A stretch of 64,000 bases of DNA from a virus: the IMG/VR virus record IMGVR_UViG_3300005965_000004, positions 1-64,000 of that record; one strand, given 5' to 3'. How positions within the stretch are numbered: the first letter of the stretch is position 1; each line of letters begins with the position of its first letter. The notes beneath the pieces are model-generated. The model was given only the letters and a program-made list of their open reading frames with translations, searched no databases and was not told the origin of the DNA. Below, one piece after another: positions 34,447-45,163 of the stretch. The translations under genes were made by a program, and so were the position numbers.

Positions 34447-36996
34447 TCAACCACAACCTGCGTATCCACATTGTTTACAAACAAAACACCCGGATTCCAT
34501 TACAAGAGTAGACTTACATTCTGGACAGTTCATTCCAACTATCTCTTTACCGTCATCAATGGTTGATCCGATAAACTTTCTTACTGCTGTTAGTAAACTT
34601 GAAATATTGTCACCTTCTATATTAGTCAACGCAACTAAAATATCTTCTCTTGGAACGTTGTGTCTCATACAAAGTGAAATCATTCTCGCAAGTCTATTAT
34701 GTGGATAATCACCCAAACACTTTTCCCAAGTATCGTCAATTATCCTATGGTCAATTCCAACAGCAATTGCTAGTTTTGTAAGAGACTTACAAGCACGATT
34801 ACAAGCTACTGTTTCTTTCTTGGCGTTTGTATGAATCCACATAGCTACTGGATATCTAAGTTCCTTGTCATCTGGAAGGTAACTAAAATGTATATAAAAT
34901 TTCGCACCCTCTCTTTTGATTGTTGTTGTGGGTCCATTCAAGAAAACATCTGGAAGCTTGATATCCTTTTTCATGATTTCCTTCTTCTCTTCTGCCTTCT
35001 CAAGAGAACTCAACACAGATTCCATAGAACCTTCTCTATATGTTGTAAATCCTATCAATCCCTTCTTCCATGCTTCAAGATAAAGATTCTTGAATTTTGT
35101 GAATGAATAGTTCTTTGGAATGTTACATGTCTTGGAAACAGACTGGTTACAGTAATACTGTACGACTTCTTGAATGTTGATATGGTCTTCAATTTCAAGA
35201 TTCTTGGTTGTCACAATATACTCTTTATCAATGTCTGAGAAGTTTTCCAACAACCACTGATAACCGTAGTCTCTCATTATGTGAATTTCACAAAGACCTC
35301 TATTGTGTGGCTCATAGTAATACTTCTGCCCATTGAACTCACCTTTCCAGTAAACAAAATCCTTCTCTTTTTCTTCCTTCAGAATCTTCTTTACATTGTT
35401 GGAATTCAAACCTTCTGGCCAATCACAAATCACCTTCCTTTCAATTTCCAAATCATATACAGGCTCAATACCATTTGATACATTATCACAAATGACTGAT
35501 GTGTTTCCAAGTGGAGGATTTGTTGTAGTTTTAGCATTTCTAACACCATGATCCATTATCATTTTCTTAGTCTCTTCACTAAGTCTATCTGACTTGAAGT
35601 AATCAGTATTTGTAAACTTTTCCTTGTCATACAACGGAAACGTTCCCTTTTCTGCCGCAAGTTTTGCTGATGCTTGCCAAGTTATATTTTCTTTGAGTCT
35701 GACTAATTCTTCTACGAACTTTACAGATTCATCACTTCCATATCTGATTTTGAGCATCATTAGAGTGGAGCCAACTCCGTTGAGACCCATTCCAAATTGC
35801 CTGTTATTTTTAACAGCCCACTCATATGCTGGAAGAGGCAAATCTGTCAAGTCATTTACATTATCCAACATTCTCGAAAAAACTTCAATATCATTTTTAT
35901 ATTGCTCAAAGTCAAATTTTGTATTTCCACAATCGTCTATGAATACATATTGTGTGAGGTTGACGGAACCAAGAAGACAAACAGTAGTGAGATATGGATT
36001 ACCTGGAATTTCACCACACGGGTTAGTACAGTTACAATCTCCAAGATACTGAATTGGATTATTTCTTCTCATGTTATCATAGAAAAGAACTCCGGGTTCA
36101 GCACGATTATATGTTGACTTCATAATAAGGTCATAAAGATGCTTTGCCTTGACTCTTTTGTAAATCTTACCATCAAAATGAAGCTCGTACATTTCGTCAT
36201 TTTCAACAGCTTTCATAAAAGCGTCGTCAATAAGAACACTGATATTAAATTTAGTGAGTCTTCCTGGTTCCTGTTTTGCTCTAATAAATTCTTCAATATC
36301 TGGATGCCAAACAGGCAATGCTCCAAGCATAGCACCTTTTCTTGTTTGCTTCTTGACAATAGACTTTACTTCATCAAACTCTTCCTTTGTCAGGTAGTTC
36401 TTCAAATTGTCACTATAACCATCATTGTCACCTTTAACGATACACTCTGATACAGCATCCCAGATGTCCATGTATGATACTATACCAGGGTGCCTTATAC
36501 CTGTTCCCTTTATCAATGATCCTCTTGGTCTTATGAATCCAAAGTTAATTCCATAACCACCCTCAGAAGCAAGAGTTTTTGCCTGTTCCATTATTGTCAA
36601 GAATATATTTACCAAATCATCAGGCGTATCTGGAGTGTTCATGTTGATAGTATTTTCTATCAAGCCATCTTCCGATTTTCTAACATACTTTATTTCCGCA
36701 TTTCTAACAGGACCATTTATAAAACAATTCATCAAGGTTGCTTTATCATACGTAGTTCCTGCGTTGGCAGTAATTCTTCCACCAGGAGTACACTTTAAAC
36801 CAATAGGATTACCCTCTTCATCAAATTTGACAAGTGTATGTAAGAACTTTTCTTCCCACTCTTCAGGGTTCTTCTCTACAGAAGCAAGAGACTTTGCTAT
36901 TCTTTTGAAAGTTTCTATTGGTGTCTCATCACCAAACTGATATTTTTTCTTCCAATTTTCATATGCCAGACTTGTCTTAAAAAAGCTTGATTTCAT
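34447..36996 (-). CDS. nrdJ: class II (adenosylcobalamin-dependent) ribonucleotide reductase
   Basis: PGGRI..NAG, NCF, GG.GINF..IRP.G, RKGA, HPDIEEFI.AK, TNPCGEIP, CLLGSVNL, SNGIEP, SVSKTCNIP, C-terminal CPEC..E.GC..C..CG. Confidence 0.9.
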   Translation of the reverse strand: MKSSFFKTSLAYENWKKKYQFGDETPIETFKRIAKSLASVEKNPEEWEEKFLHTLVKFDEEGNPIGLKCTPGGRITANAGTTYDKATLMNCFINGPVRNAEIKYVRKSEDGLIENTINMNTPDTPDDLVNIFLTIMEQAKTLASEGGYGINFGFIRPRGSLIKGTGIRHPGIVSYMDIWDAVSECIVKGDNDGYSDNLKNYLTKEEFDEVKSIVKKQTRKGAMLGALPVWHPDIEEFIRAKQEPGRLTKFNISVLIDDAFMKAVENDEMYELHFDGKIYKRVKAKHLYDLIMKSTYNRAEPGVLFYDNMRRNNPIQYLGDCNCTNPCGEIPGNPYLTTVCLLGSVNLTQYVFIDDCGNTKFDFEQYKNDIEVFSRMLDNVNDLTDLPLPAYEWAVKNNRQFGMGLNGVGSTLMMLKIRYGSDESVKFVEELVRLKENITWQASAKLAAEKGTFPLYDKEKFTNTDYFKSDRLSEETKKMIMDHGVRNAKTTTNPPLGNTSVICDNVSNGIEPVYDLEIERKVICDWPEGLNSNNVKKILKEEKEKDFVYWKGEFNGQKYYYEPHNRGLCEIHIMRDYGYQWLLENFSDIDKEYIVTTKNLEIEDHINIQEVVQYYCNQSVSKTCNIPKNYSFTKFKNLYLEAWKKGLIGFTTYREGSMESVLSSLEKAEEKKEIMKKDIKLPDVFLNGPTTTIKREGAKFYIHFSYLPDDKELRYPVAMWIHTNAKKETVACNRACKSLTKLAIAVGIDHRIIDDTWEKCLGDYPHNRLARMISLCMRHNVPREDILVALTNIEGDNISSLLTAVRKFIGSTIDDGKEIVGMNCPECKSTLVMESGCFVCKQCGYAGCG

Positions 36997-37007
36997 AAAA
37001 CTTTCTC

Positions 37008-37472
37008 CTACTTATTGAAAAGCTCCCTTTCGGTTATTATCTTGAATTCGAGACCTCTCTTAGCGCAAAATTCCCTTGCTGCATCCCATTTACATCTGTT
37101 AGTGACGTAAGTGTGCGCCTCGTAGATATATCTCTTTCGGGCTTTTCTGTTGTTGTTTTTGGGTTTCTTTGGTGGTCTTGTTTGTGATGCCGGTTTAACT
37201 TCAATGACGAACTTCCTTTCATTTCCATTTTTATCAACTTCCTCAAAATAAAAATCTGGATAATATCTGTGAATCCTTTTGTCAATAGCGCTTAGATAAG
37301 GTATTTCTAAACACTCAAACCCCCATTTCTTTATACTTGGAGAGTGGTCACAAAAGTAACAAAATCTAGATTCCCAAGAACTTCTGTACACTGGGTTTTT
37401 GGCTCCAATATACTTTTTCTTATTCTCAACTTTATATTCACCAATGTAAAATCCACTTTTTCCCTTCTCCAT
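37008..37472 (-). CDS. gp4: head completion nuclease (T4 gp4-like, TnsA-type)
   Basis: N.KKY.G, YRSSWE..F...CD, W..E...IPY, HRYYPDF, IEVKP..QT, N..KW.AA..FC...G..F.IITE. Confidence 0.88.
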   Translation of the reverse strand: MEKGKSGFYIGEYKVENKKKYIGAKNPVYRSSWESRFCYFCDHSPSIKKWGFECLEIPYLSAIDKRIHRYYPDFYFEEVDKNGNERKFVIEVKPASQTRPPKKPKNNNRKARKRYIYEAHTYVTNRCKWDAAREFCAKRGLEFKIITERELFNK

Positions 37473-37481
37473 AAACTCCTT

Positions 37482-38399
37482 CTACTTTAGCGATTTTATT
37501 AATGGGCCATAGTTAGACCAATCATCCATCATCTTATTCAATCTATTTCTGGAGAAGAACTTCATAAGCTTAGAACCGTCTATATCTTTAATCTCGTAAT
37601 CGTTGTACGTTTTCAATATACCTTTTGACAGTTCTTTTGGAATGAAGTCAAAGTCAATAAGAATTCTATTTCTCAGATAATTGTTCTTGACTTCTTCATT
37701 CTCCTCAAGAAAATCATCCAATCCTTTCTTCAGTATAGCTTCAGCAGTTGCTTTACCTGTTCTTGGCTTTATTGCGGGAATAGTATCGCTCTTATCACCA
37801 GTGATAACTTTTATATCAAGTTCTCTCTGTGGATTTATACAGTTTACGATCTTATTCTTTATAGGATCAAACTGCTTATTGTTCTTATCAATCAACAACT
37901 GATGAAGGTCTTTATCAGTCGATACTATCACATTCTGACAAGAGCTAAACTGCTCTTTTACAAGAACGGCAATAATGTCATCTGCCTCTGATCTTGGATG
38001 TTCTATTGTATATATAGTCGAAAACGTTTCTTTTATTTCTTCTCTGAATTCATTGAAAACCGGAAAGAATTTCTGAAAGTCAACAACAGCCTTGTCTCTT
38101 GCTTGTCTTCTATTATTTTTATATCCATCAAAGTGGTCATATCTCCAACTTCCTTTTGTGTCAAAAGCGAGAATAACTTTCTCAGGATTAAACTTTTCTA
38201 TTGTTGAGAAAAGACTATTCATGAATAAATGTCTCCAAAAGAAAAAAAAATTTTCGTTATCTTGAGGATTCATAAAGATAGCTGAGAATAATGTTCTGTA
38301 GGCTAGATTATGCCCATCAAACAATAAAGTTTTTTTCTGATTTTTTATTACTTGTTGATCTTCAACAGAAAATAATTCTGATAATGAACTTTTATTCAT
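37482..38399 (-). CDS. rnh: RNase H / 5'-3' exonuclease (T4 Rnh-like)
   Basis: LFDGHNLAYR, LAFD...SWR, YK.NR, EADDIIA, STDKDL.QL, GDKSD.IP, RN..LIDF..IP. Confidence 0.92.
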   Translation of the reverse strand: MNKSSLSELFSVEDQQVIKNQKKTLLFDGHNLAYRTLFSAIFMNPQDNENFFFFWRHLFMNSLFSTIEKFNPEKVILAFDTKGSWRYDHFDGYKNNRRQARDKAVVDFQKFFPVFNEFREEIKETFSTIYTIEHPRSEADDIIAVLVKEQFSSCQNVIVSTDKDLHQLLIDKNNKQFDPIKNKIVNCINPQRELDIKVITGDKSDTIPAIKPRTGKATAEAILKKGLDDFLEENEEVKNNYLRNRILIDFDFIPKELSKGILKTYNDYEIKDIDGSKLMKFFSRNRLNKMMDDWSNYGPLIKSLK

Positions 38400-38828
38400 T
38401 TGTAAACTCCTTTTTAAGTGTTTTATGTATTATAACATTTTTATATTCAATCTCCAAAACTTTTTTTCTTCTAAATGTTTCTTTAATATTATGTCTTTCT
38501 TTTTTAGAAAAATATTCATAAAAATCCATTCTATTAGATAATACATATATCCATTTACTCGAAGGATTATTATAACCTTGTTTAGCTAAACTTATTTTTT
38601 GTTTATGTTCTTCTGAATATTTTCTTCCTTTTAATTTTTTACTGAGATTTTCTTTAAATTCTTTGCTTCGTATTTTTCCAATGTTTTTTCCAATCATAGA
38701 TTGACGTTGTTTTATTTTACTTTCTTCACTTTTTGTTTTACCAATCATTGATTGACGTTGTTTTTCCTTTTGTTCTTCTGAAATAATTTTACCTTATTGG
38801 TGGTTTTGTAGATTATATAAGTACTCAT
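38392..38828 (-). pseudogene. internally deleted GIY-YIG/NUMOD3 homing endonuclease
   Basis: MSTYIIYKTTN joined out of frame to KGKIISEEQKEKQRQSMIGK NUMOD3-type repeats. Confidence 0.75.
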
Positions 38829-38935
38829 AAGATACCTCCACATAAGGTTATTAGTAAGAGATTGATTGATAATTCTAATGTTGGATATAAAACTTCCGTC
38901 GAAGCTGTCCCAACCTATCCAATGAGTATTTACAT

Positions 38936-39526
38936 TTAAATATTTTTTTCTTTAACATATTCTTCCAAACTTTTGACCTCAAAATGGTATTTTTTCTTCT
39001 TTCCAGTTTTGGTTAATAAAGCTTTTTCGGGAACAAATGTATCTTTAAATAAACATTTGGTTTTAGCAACTGGTGTAATTTTTTGAACTAATATTTTGTA
39101 TTCATAATACACCCATTTGATATTAATAATTGCTAGTCTTGTCATATTTTGAAAATCAAATGATGGCTTTATTTCTATAAAAGAACCAACATCATACCCA
39201 TCATTCCCAATATTGTTTATAAAAGGCACAGAGTCCAATTTATTTTTTCCATCGTTAATATCAAGATAAAAAATTCCGTATGCTTTAGAATTCCACAATA
39301 TTTTGAAATCGGGCACATAAACATGTGATTGAAGCAAAGTACTTTCCATTTTCTTATCTTTAGTCTTCATCTTTTTTATCCAATCATATGTCACTTTTTC
39401 TGAAAGGGTAAATGATTCCGAATGAAAAGAGAATTCTCTAACGAAACCTCTTTCCTTAAGCTCATCCAAATAAAGGTAAAACAATCTTTCTTCTTCGGAA
39501 TCAAACTCTATACCATTATAAATCAT
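38936..39526 (-). CDS. DUF1064-like PD-(D/E)xK nuclease
   Basis: GIEFDS.EE..FY, YVPDF, IEIKP. Confidence 0.65.
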   Translation of the reverse strand: MIYNGIEFDSEEERLFYLYLDELKERGFVREFSFHSESFTLSEKVTYDWIKKMKTKDKKMESTLLQSHVYVPDFKILWNSKAYGIFYLDINDGKNKLDSVPFINNIGNDGYDVGSFIEIKPSFDFQNMTRLAIINIKWVYYEYKILVQKITPVAKTKCLFKDTFVPEKALLTKTGKKKKYHFEVKSLEEYVKEKNI

Positions 39527-39698
39527 TGTTCATAATCCTTTTGTCATCTTCTTCGTCATTATCTTCATTGTAGATAATTCTCATTGCGTAAGCAAGTCCT
39601 GCTGGTTGTGTCATTGGTTGGGCACCACTTTACCATTTCAATCAAATCCATATTGTTCCTCATGGCATTAGGATTTATCTTATTTACATTCCAGTAAA

Positions 39699-40691
39699 TC
39701 ATACGAAAAACACCTTATCAAAAATAGAGTTTGTGAAGAAGGGTTCTAACTCTTCATAAGAAAAATTGTCTTTATTCATGTAAAGTAAAACATCATTGAT
39801 GTCCCATTTACTTCTCTTGGGTAGATTGTATGTCTTCATGAATTTCTTCCAACAGAAGACGTACTCTCCTTTAGTCAAGAGTTCTATGGTTTTTTTCTTA
39901 GTATCAAATGTTTCACAGTCATAATCTATAAGAAATCTCTTCTGCTTGAAAATCTTCAAGTTATCGTCGTATATCTTTACACCAGTAACAGCAACTGAAT
40001 TCTCGACGAAGATACTGTCAATGGGACCCTCTAACACAGTGACTGGTTTTTCTCTATCGACAAGGTAGTAGTTATATATGCTATTGTAATTTCCTGCTCT
40101 TGACAGATATTTTGGAGTCATGTAGTCATAAAGCGATCTTCCCTGGTAATAGTATATTTTACCTTTATCATCATAAAATGGTATAATAAGCCTATTACGA
40201 TACATCTCTCCAGTTGCCACATACCATTTACTCCAAACATCTTCTGGAATGTTTCTGTCAATACAAAACCTTATTGCTTTAGCGAAGAGTGGAGTTACAC
40301 CACTCTTTATATGTACGAAGAATTTTGTTTGATCCTGCTCAGTACTTCTCTTTCTCGTTCTTCTTGCCTTTATATTTGGTAAATCTCTTTTCTTTTTATT
40401 GTCGTTTCTTCCAAGGACTTCTTTGAAGTAGTCCTTGTAGTATGAAGGGAAAAATTCCTTCATCCAAAAAATAACGGGTTTCTTGTAATAACAATTGTGA
40501 CAATAGTACATCCAAGGAGTCTTGTTTTTAAGAATGTATCCTCTTTTCTTTGATTTTGACTTTTGAGAATCTCCACATATATGACATCTGAAGTTGTAAT
40601 AGTCATAGCTCTCAGTTACATTTTCCAATGAACTCAGAATTAGTCTTACTTGTCTTTCGAGAGCTATTTCATCAAAATCTGAAAAATTCAT
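39699..40691 (-). CDS. gp61: DNA primase (T4 gp61-like)
   Basis: NFRC.ICGDS.KS..KKRG, YYCHNC, RLIIPFY, YQGRSL, VLEGPIDS.F, DIND. Confidence 0.93.
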   Translation of the reverse strand: MNFSDFDEIALERQVRLILSSLENVTESYDYYNFRCHICGDSQKSKSKKRGYILKNKTPWMYYCHNCYYKKPVIFWMKEFFPSYYKDYFKEVLGRNDNKKKRDLPNIKARRTRKRSTEQDQTKFFVHIKSGVTPLFAKAIRFCIDRNIPEDVWSKWYVATGEMYRNRLIIPFYDDKGKIYYYQGRSLYDYMTPKYLSRAGNYNSIYNYYLVDREKPVTVLEGPIDSIFVENSVAVTGVKIYDDNLKIFKQKRFLIDYDCETFDTKKKTIELLTKGEYVFCWKKFMKTYNLPKRSKWDINDVLLYMNKDNFSYEELEPFFTNSIFDKVFFV

Positions 40692-40700
40692 AAATTCTCC

Positions 40701-40738
40701 AAAAAGAAGGGGAGTGATGTATATTCACTCCCCTTCTC
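40701..40738 (-). terminator. intrinsic terminator after gp32
   Basis: GAAGGGGAGTGA...TCACTCCCCTTC hairpin with U-tract. Confidence 0.75.
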
Positions 40739-40760
40739 CAATAAACAAACAACCATTCAA

Positions 40761-41648
40761 TTATTCTTCATCATTCTGTAAGTCATTGAAGAAATCGTCA
40801 TCCGATCCTTCAAATATTGATTCTTCTGCGATTGATTCAGAAGTTTCATTCTTGGTGTTGCTCTGCTCTGGTTTTGTTGTCGATGGCGCAGGAGTTGGTT
40901 GGTTTGTGTATGATGGATTTGGAGCACCAACAACTCTATTGAACTTACTTTCAAGTTCCCCATATTCCTTGAAATTGTCAGGAGAAACGAATTCAGACAA
41001 ACTATAAAGACTTTTATCAATCTTTTCAATTTCAGCATCTGTTCCAACAGGTGAAGGATTGTCAAACTGACAAGAGTCATAGTTTGGCATATTCAAATTA
41101 CCAACTTTGATCTTCTTGATAATCAACTTAAAGTCTGCTCCATCATAGTAGTCAAAAACCATGACAGGTTCTTCAATTGAGTCATCACCAGGATTAATTC
41201 TTTCCATAATCTTATCATGAACTTTCTTTCCATATCTGTAAAGGAATACCTTTCCTTCGTTCTCTGGATGAGCTGGGTCCTTTACAACAAGGATATTGGA
41301 GTAGTAGTTCTGCTTTCTCTTTCTTTTTCTGGCAGTTTCCTGGTCACTGTCCCAAATTGCCGAGTTGGCCTTACAGACTGGACATTCCTTCTTCAATGTT
41401 GTTGGGCAATTCTCAATGTACCATCCACCAGGTCCCTTTACAGAGTGGCTATATGTACTTACAAATGGGATATCTGTGTCTGGTGATGGAAGGAATCTGA
41501 TAAGTGCCTGGGCAGTTCCATTGCTTGAGAATTCAGGGTAGTAAATTCTTTCGTCTTTATAAGAGTTTCCAGAATTACCCTTATCATTCTGTTCACGGAT
41601 TTTGTCCATTGTCTTTGACCAATCTCTACCGAATTTCTTTTTGTTCAT
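40761..41648 (-). CDS. gp32: single-stranded DNA-binding protein (T4 gp32-like)
   Basis: G.A.IRFLP, GPGGWYIENC.TT, CPVC, KRK..YYSNILVVKDPAHPENEGKVF, acidic tail. Confidence 0.96.
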   Translation of the reverse strand: MNKKKFGRDWSKTMDKIREQNDKGNSGNSYKDERIYYPEFSSNGTAQALIRFLPSPDTDIPFVSTYSHSVKGPGGWYIENCPTTLKKECPVCKANSAIWDSDQETARKRKRKQNYYSNILVVKDPAHPENEGKVFLYRYGKKVHDKIMERINPGDDSIEEPVMVFDYYDGADFKLIIKKIKVGNLNMPNYDSCQFDNPSPVGTDAEIEKIDKSLYSLSEFVSPDNFKEYGELESKFNRVVGAPNPSYTNQPTPAPSTTKPEQSNTKNETSESIAEESIFEGSDDDFFNDLQNDEE

Positions 41649-42207
41649 TTAAGAACCTCCTTTGTGTTTCTTTTATCTTATTTGCTATTCTCTTAAATAG
41701 CTCGTACTCTCTATTATTAATTGTATCATATTCATCATTTTTTGTCAACATATTTTTTATGAAAAATCTTGGAGAAATATGCTTCTTTTTTGTCAATTCA
41801 AACACCACATTTGTCCCATCCTCCTTTATGTCAAAGAATTCTTTCATGCTTTTGAAATTTAGACTTTTATAAACCTCCCTTAACAAATGTAAATCTTCAT
41901 TATACCTTTTGTCACTTATCATTTCCTTGAAATCTTTCAAGTTTTTGTAGTTTACTTCACCAAGCTTTATAGACGTTTTACCCATCATGTACTGATACAG
42001 AAGAAATATTGCCAAGTCACAAATGCTATAGTATCCGTTAGATATCTCACTATATATTCTCTTAGAACTAATTGCGTAGAATTTAGGAGCTTTTCTAAAG
42101 GCAGTCATACTAAGAAGTTTGAAAATGTCAATATCCTTCTTACCTTTTACAAAGTTCTTAGTGTTTACAATAACAGAAAAAACTCTCAAAGTAGAAGCGA
42201 ATTCCAT
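41626..42207 (-). CDS. putative helicase loader (T4 gp59-like)
   Basis: size and T4-like synteny between the gp33-like gene and gp32; weak sequence support. Confidence 0.5.
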   Translation of the reverse strand: MEFASTLRVFSVIVNTKNFVKGKKDIDIFKLLSMTAFRKAPKFYAISSKRIYSEISNGYYSICDLAIFLLYQYMMGKTSIKLGEVNYKNLKDFKEMISDKRYNEDLHLLREVYKSLNFKSMKEFFDIKEDGTNVVFELTKKKHISPRFFIKNMLTKNDEYDTINNREYELFKRIANKIKETQRRFLNEQKEIR

Positions 42208-42211
42208 ACAA

Positions 42212-42601
42212 CTACCCCAGTATTTGTTTCAGATTATTTTCGTCCAATTGAATAAAGTACTTTTTTGATAGTTCCTTTTTAAGTTCGTACTTTGTTTCTC
42301 CATCGAATGTATAGAGTATCTTCTTGAACTTGTTAAAGTTCTCTTCAAACAACACAATAATATCTACGAGATTAATGTTAACTTCTACCTTTGCCTTTCT
42401 TATTGTCTCGTTGAATTTACTCTGTTCAGAGGCACTCATTTTCTTACCATCAAAAATTTCCTTTAGATAATCGAAAGAATACCCTTTTCCTTCCATCCAA
42501 TTTAGAAATTCCTTTTTGAGTATGTCATTCACTAACTCAAACTCGTTTGTTTTTTCTGATATCTTACTTTGGTCAAATGTGTTTACTTGATGTTTAGCCA
42601 T
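42212..42601 (-). CDS. putative late-transcription coactivator (T4 gp33-like)
   Basis: synteny and helical C-terminal pattern; weak sequence support. Confidence 0.45.
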   Translation of the reverse strand: MAKHQVNTFDQSKISEKTNEFELVNDILKKEFLNWMEGKGYSFDYLKEIFDGKKMSASEQSKFNETIRKAKVEVNINLVDIIVLFEENFNKFKKILYTFDGETKYELKKELSKKYFIQLDENNLKQILG

Positions 42602-42609
42602 TTAAACTC

Positions 42610-44019
42610 CTATTCAAAGTCAATCATTTTTTTGAACTTATCGTTTGTATCTTTACTTAAAACTCCCTTTGCGTCTTTAATAGCACTACTAACCTTTTTC
42701 TTCTTGTCTTTATCACTCGGAGGGTCTCTGGATATTGATCCAGTAGTATCTCCAACTTCTGTCTCCTCATCTTCAAAAACTCTCATCTTGTAATAATCAA
42801 CACAAACATTCATACCCTTCTTATTCAAACCATATCTGTTTTTCAGTACCATCCAATAGTACTTTCCAACTTTTCTTAAATCATTCGATTGAGTTACTCC
42901 AATTATAACATCAGCAGTTGCTGCTGTTCCAATGGAGTCAGATATATCAGTCAAATCTATTTCAGCACCACCAAAACCCTTACGGTTTGTCTGAACTGCT
43001 GAAACGATAGGAAGAGACATCTCCACAGCAACTGCTCTTACTTCCTCTGAAATTCTCTTGACTTCAAGATATGTATTATCACCCTTGTTTTTATGAATAG
43101 GGTTCATTATACCAAGATAGTCTATGAATATTATATCAGGAGTAAACTTCTTCCTAACCTTAAGCTCTTTTAGTAAATTTCTAATATGGTTGGCGTTGAT
43201 AGATGTTGGTGGATATTCCTTTACTATTATCTTCTTACTGACTTGCTTTTTAACCTTTTCAAACTTAGAGTGAAACTTGTCTTTAGTCAATAGTTTCAAA
43301 TCCTCAGTATTAACATCAAACATATTTGACATTATTCTTTCTGAGATTTTGTTTTCTGACATTTCACAAGACACATAAAGGACGTTCTTGTTTCTAAGAA
43401 CACAATCAACAGCAAGAGAAGTCATTATCAAAGACTTACCCATATTGGTTTCGGCCATGAACAATGTCAATGACTTTTCATGGAATCCACCTTCTATTAT
43501 CCTATTGAGAATACCGATAGAGGTTGGTATCACTCTGTCAACATCATGTAGGAACTTATACAATCTTTCTTCCTCTTCCATAAAATCAAGTCCAACTTTA
43601 GAGTCAAAACTAAAAGCTATTGCTTCTCTCAACTGATCTGGAGTCTTCTTAATATCATCTATTTTTTTGTTACTGAGATTCACAGCAATATCAACATTGA
43701 TGTTATGAATCAACTTTTCTCTCATAAATTCTTCTATCTCTTCCAACAAGAAATCTGACTGATATTCAGAAACATCAGTCTCCATAATTTCTAATAATCT
43801 TTTGTACACACTCTCATTATCAAGTTCAAGACGCATTTCGGGAACTGTTGGAAATCTCTCAAATTTTTCATACATTTTTATGACAGACTTTATCAACTGA
43901 ACGTTCTTATGATCTTCAAAAAGTTCAGGGACAAGAAACGGCATAACCTTGTCCCTAACATTCTCGATTGTAAAAAGAAACTTTATGAGAACATTTTCAA
44001 AGAATACAGCTTCTTTCAT
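42610..44019 (-). CDS. gp41: replicative DNA helicase (T4 gp41-like)
   Basis: AETNMGKSL, YVSCEMSE, KEYP, PDIIFIDYL, EEVRA.AVE, SAVQTNR.G, LKNRYG. Confidence 0.95.
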   Translation of the reverse strand: MKEAVFFENVLIKFLFTIENVRDKVMPFLVPELFEDHKNVQLIKSVIKMYEKFERFPTVPEMRLELDNESVYKRLLEIMETDVSEYQSDFLLEEIEEFMREKLIHNINVDIAVNLSNKKIDDIKKTPDQLREAIAFSFDSKVGLDFMEEEERLYKFLHDVDRVIPTSIGILNRIIEGGFHEKSLTLFMAETNMGKSLIMTSLAVDCVLRNKNVLYVSCEMSENKISERIMSNMFDVNTEDLKLLTKDKFHSKFEKVKKQVSKKIIVKEYPPTSINANHIRNLLKELKVRKKFTPDIIFIDYLGIMNPIHKNKGDNTYLEVKRISEEVRAVAVEMSLPIVSAVQTNRKGFGGAEIDLTDISDSIGTAATADVIIGVTQSNDLRKVGKYYWMVLKNRYGLNKKGMNVCVDYYKMRVFEDEETEVGDTTGSISRDPPSDKDKKKKVSSAIKDAKGVLSKDTNDKFKKMIDFE

Positions 44020-44022
44020 ATA

Positions 44023-45114
44023 TTATTTCTTTCCTTTTTTAGATTTATTCTCTTCTTTGTCCATTATACTTAGAGCTTCATCCTTTGTAGCAATATCTAT
44101 TGGTGTTTTGTAAGTATATTTCTTTTCTAACCAATTCTTGAACTCAGTATCCTTGAAAACTGGTAACCAAAAATCTGAATTGTATATCTCACTTTCTCTG
44201 TGCTTTTTATCATTCTCTACACAAGTTCTGGTGTAATATCCAACAGTTGGTTTTTCTACAACTCCAGCTTCTAAAGCATCCGGTAATATTCCATAGAATA
44301 TATCAAGACCACCTTCAACTTTGATTCTGAATTGAATTCTGGAATTCATCTTGCTCCATCTTGACTTGTAAGTTTCAGCAGTAACAATATAACCAGTTAT
44401 ATTTTTCTTGGCATCCTTCTCTTTTGCCATACTTCTACCAAGAACAATTGCTTCACTATTGAACTCTATCTTTCTTCCACCAGGAATTTTTAGAGTATCT
44501 CCCATTCCACCAGTATTATCATAAACGTGATTGACTACAAAGAATGTTGCTCTTTGATTTATCATTATATTAGCAAGATTGTTTTTCTTTTTGGGGATTG
44601 TAAAATCTGCAGCATCGTTACCTGATCTCGCGTTATCAACCGTCTTTGATGTTACCAATGAACCCCAACTATCTATAACAAACAAAATATTCTTTCTCTC
44701 GCTCTTTGGAATTTCATCACAAATCGTTACAATAATTCCTTGAACGTCCTCAATACTATTTTCTTGAAGAACAACAAGTTTTTCTGGACTAATATCAATA
44801 CCAATAGATTGTGCGAATGAAAAGTTGAATGCTCTCTCAGTATCAATAATACAAACTTGCATTCCATTCTTTTGAGCATTCTTGACAAGTCCATATGCTA
44901 CGAAAGACTTTCCAAGCATTGAAGGTGCTGAAATCATTGAAATTCTACCAATTGGAATTCCTCCGTCAATCCTCCCACTGTATAGTAGGTTCAAAGATAT
45001 TACATTGGTAGACAGAAAATCTATCTTCTCATCTTCTGTAAAGAGATATGATGATAGCGCTGGACTATCTTTAGTCTCTTTGTCTTTTAGAATAATCTCA
45101 TACAAATTTTTCAT
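44023..45114 (-). CDS. uvsX: RecA-like recombinase
   Basis: LN...SG...GG, APSMLGKS, DTE.A, VIDS.G.L, VNHVY, GG. Confidence 0.92.
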   Translation of the reverse strand: MKNLYEIILKDKETKDSPALSSYLFTEDEKIDFLSTNVISLNLLYSGRIDGGIPIGRISMISAPSMLGKSFVAYGLVKNAQKNGMQVCIIDTERAFNFSFAQSIGIDISPEKLVVLQENSIEDVQGIIVTICDEIPKSERKNILFVIDSWGSLVTSKTVDNARSGNDAADFTIPKKKNNLANIMINQRATFFVVNHVYDNTGGMGDTLKIPGGRKIEFNSEAIVLGRSMAKEKDAKKNITGYIVTAETYKSRWSKMNSRIQFRIKVEGGLDIFYGILPDALEAGVVEKPTVGYYTRTCVENDKKHRESEIYNSDFWLPVFKDTEFKNWLEKKYTYKTPIDIATKDEALSIMDKEENKSKKGKK

Positions 45115-45163
45115 AAATCCTCCTTTTATATGATTATATCATATTATTTCTGTTTTGTCAATA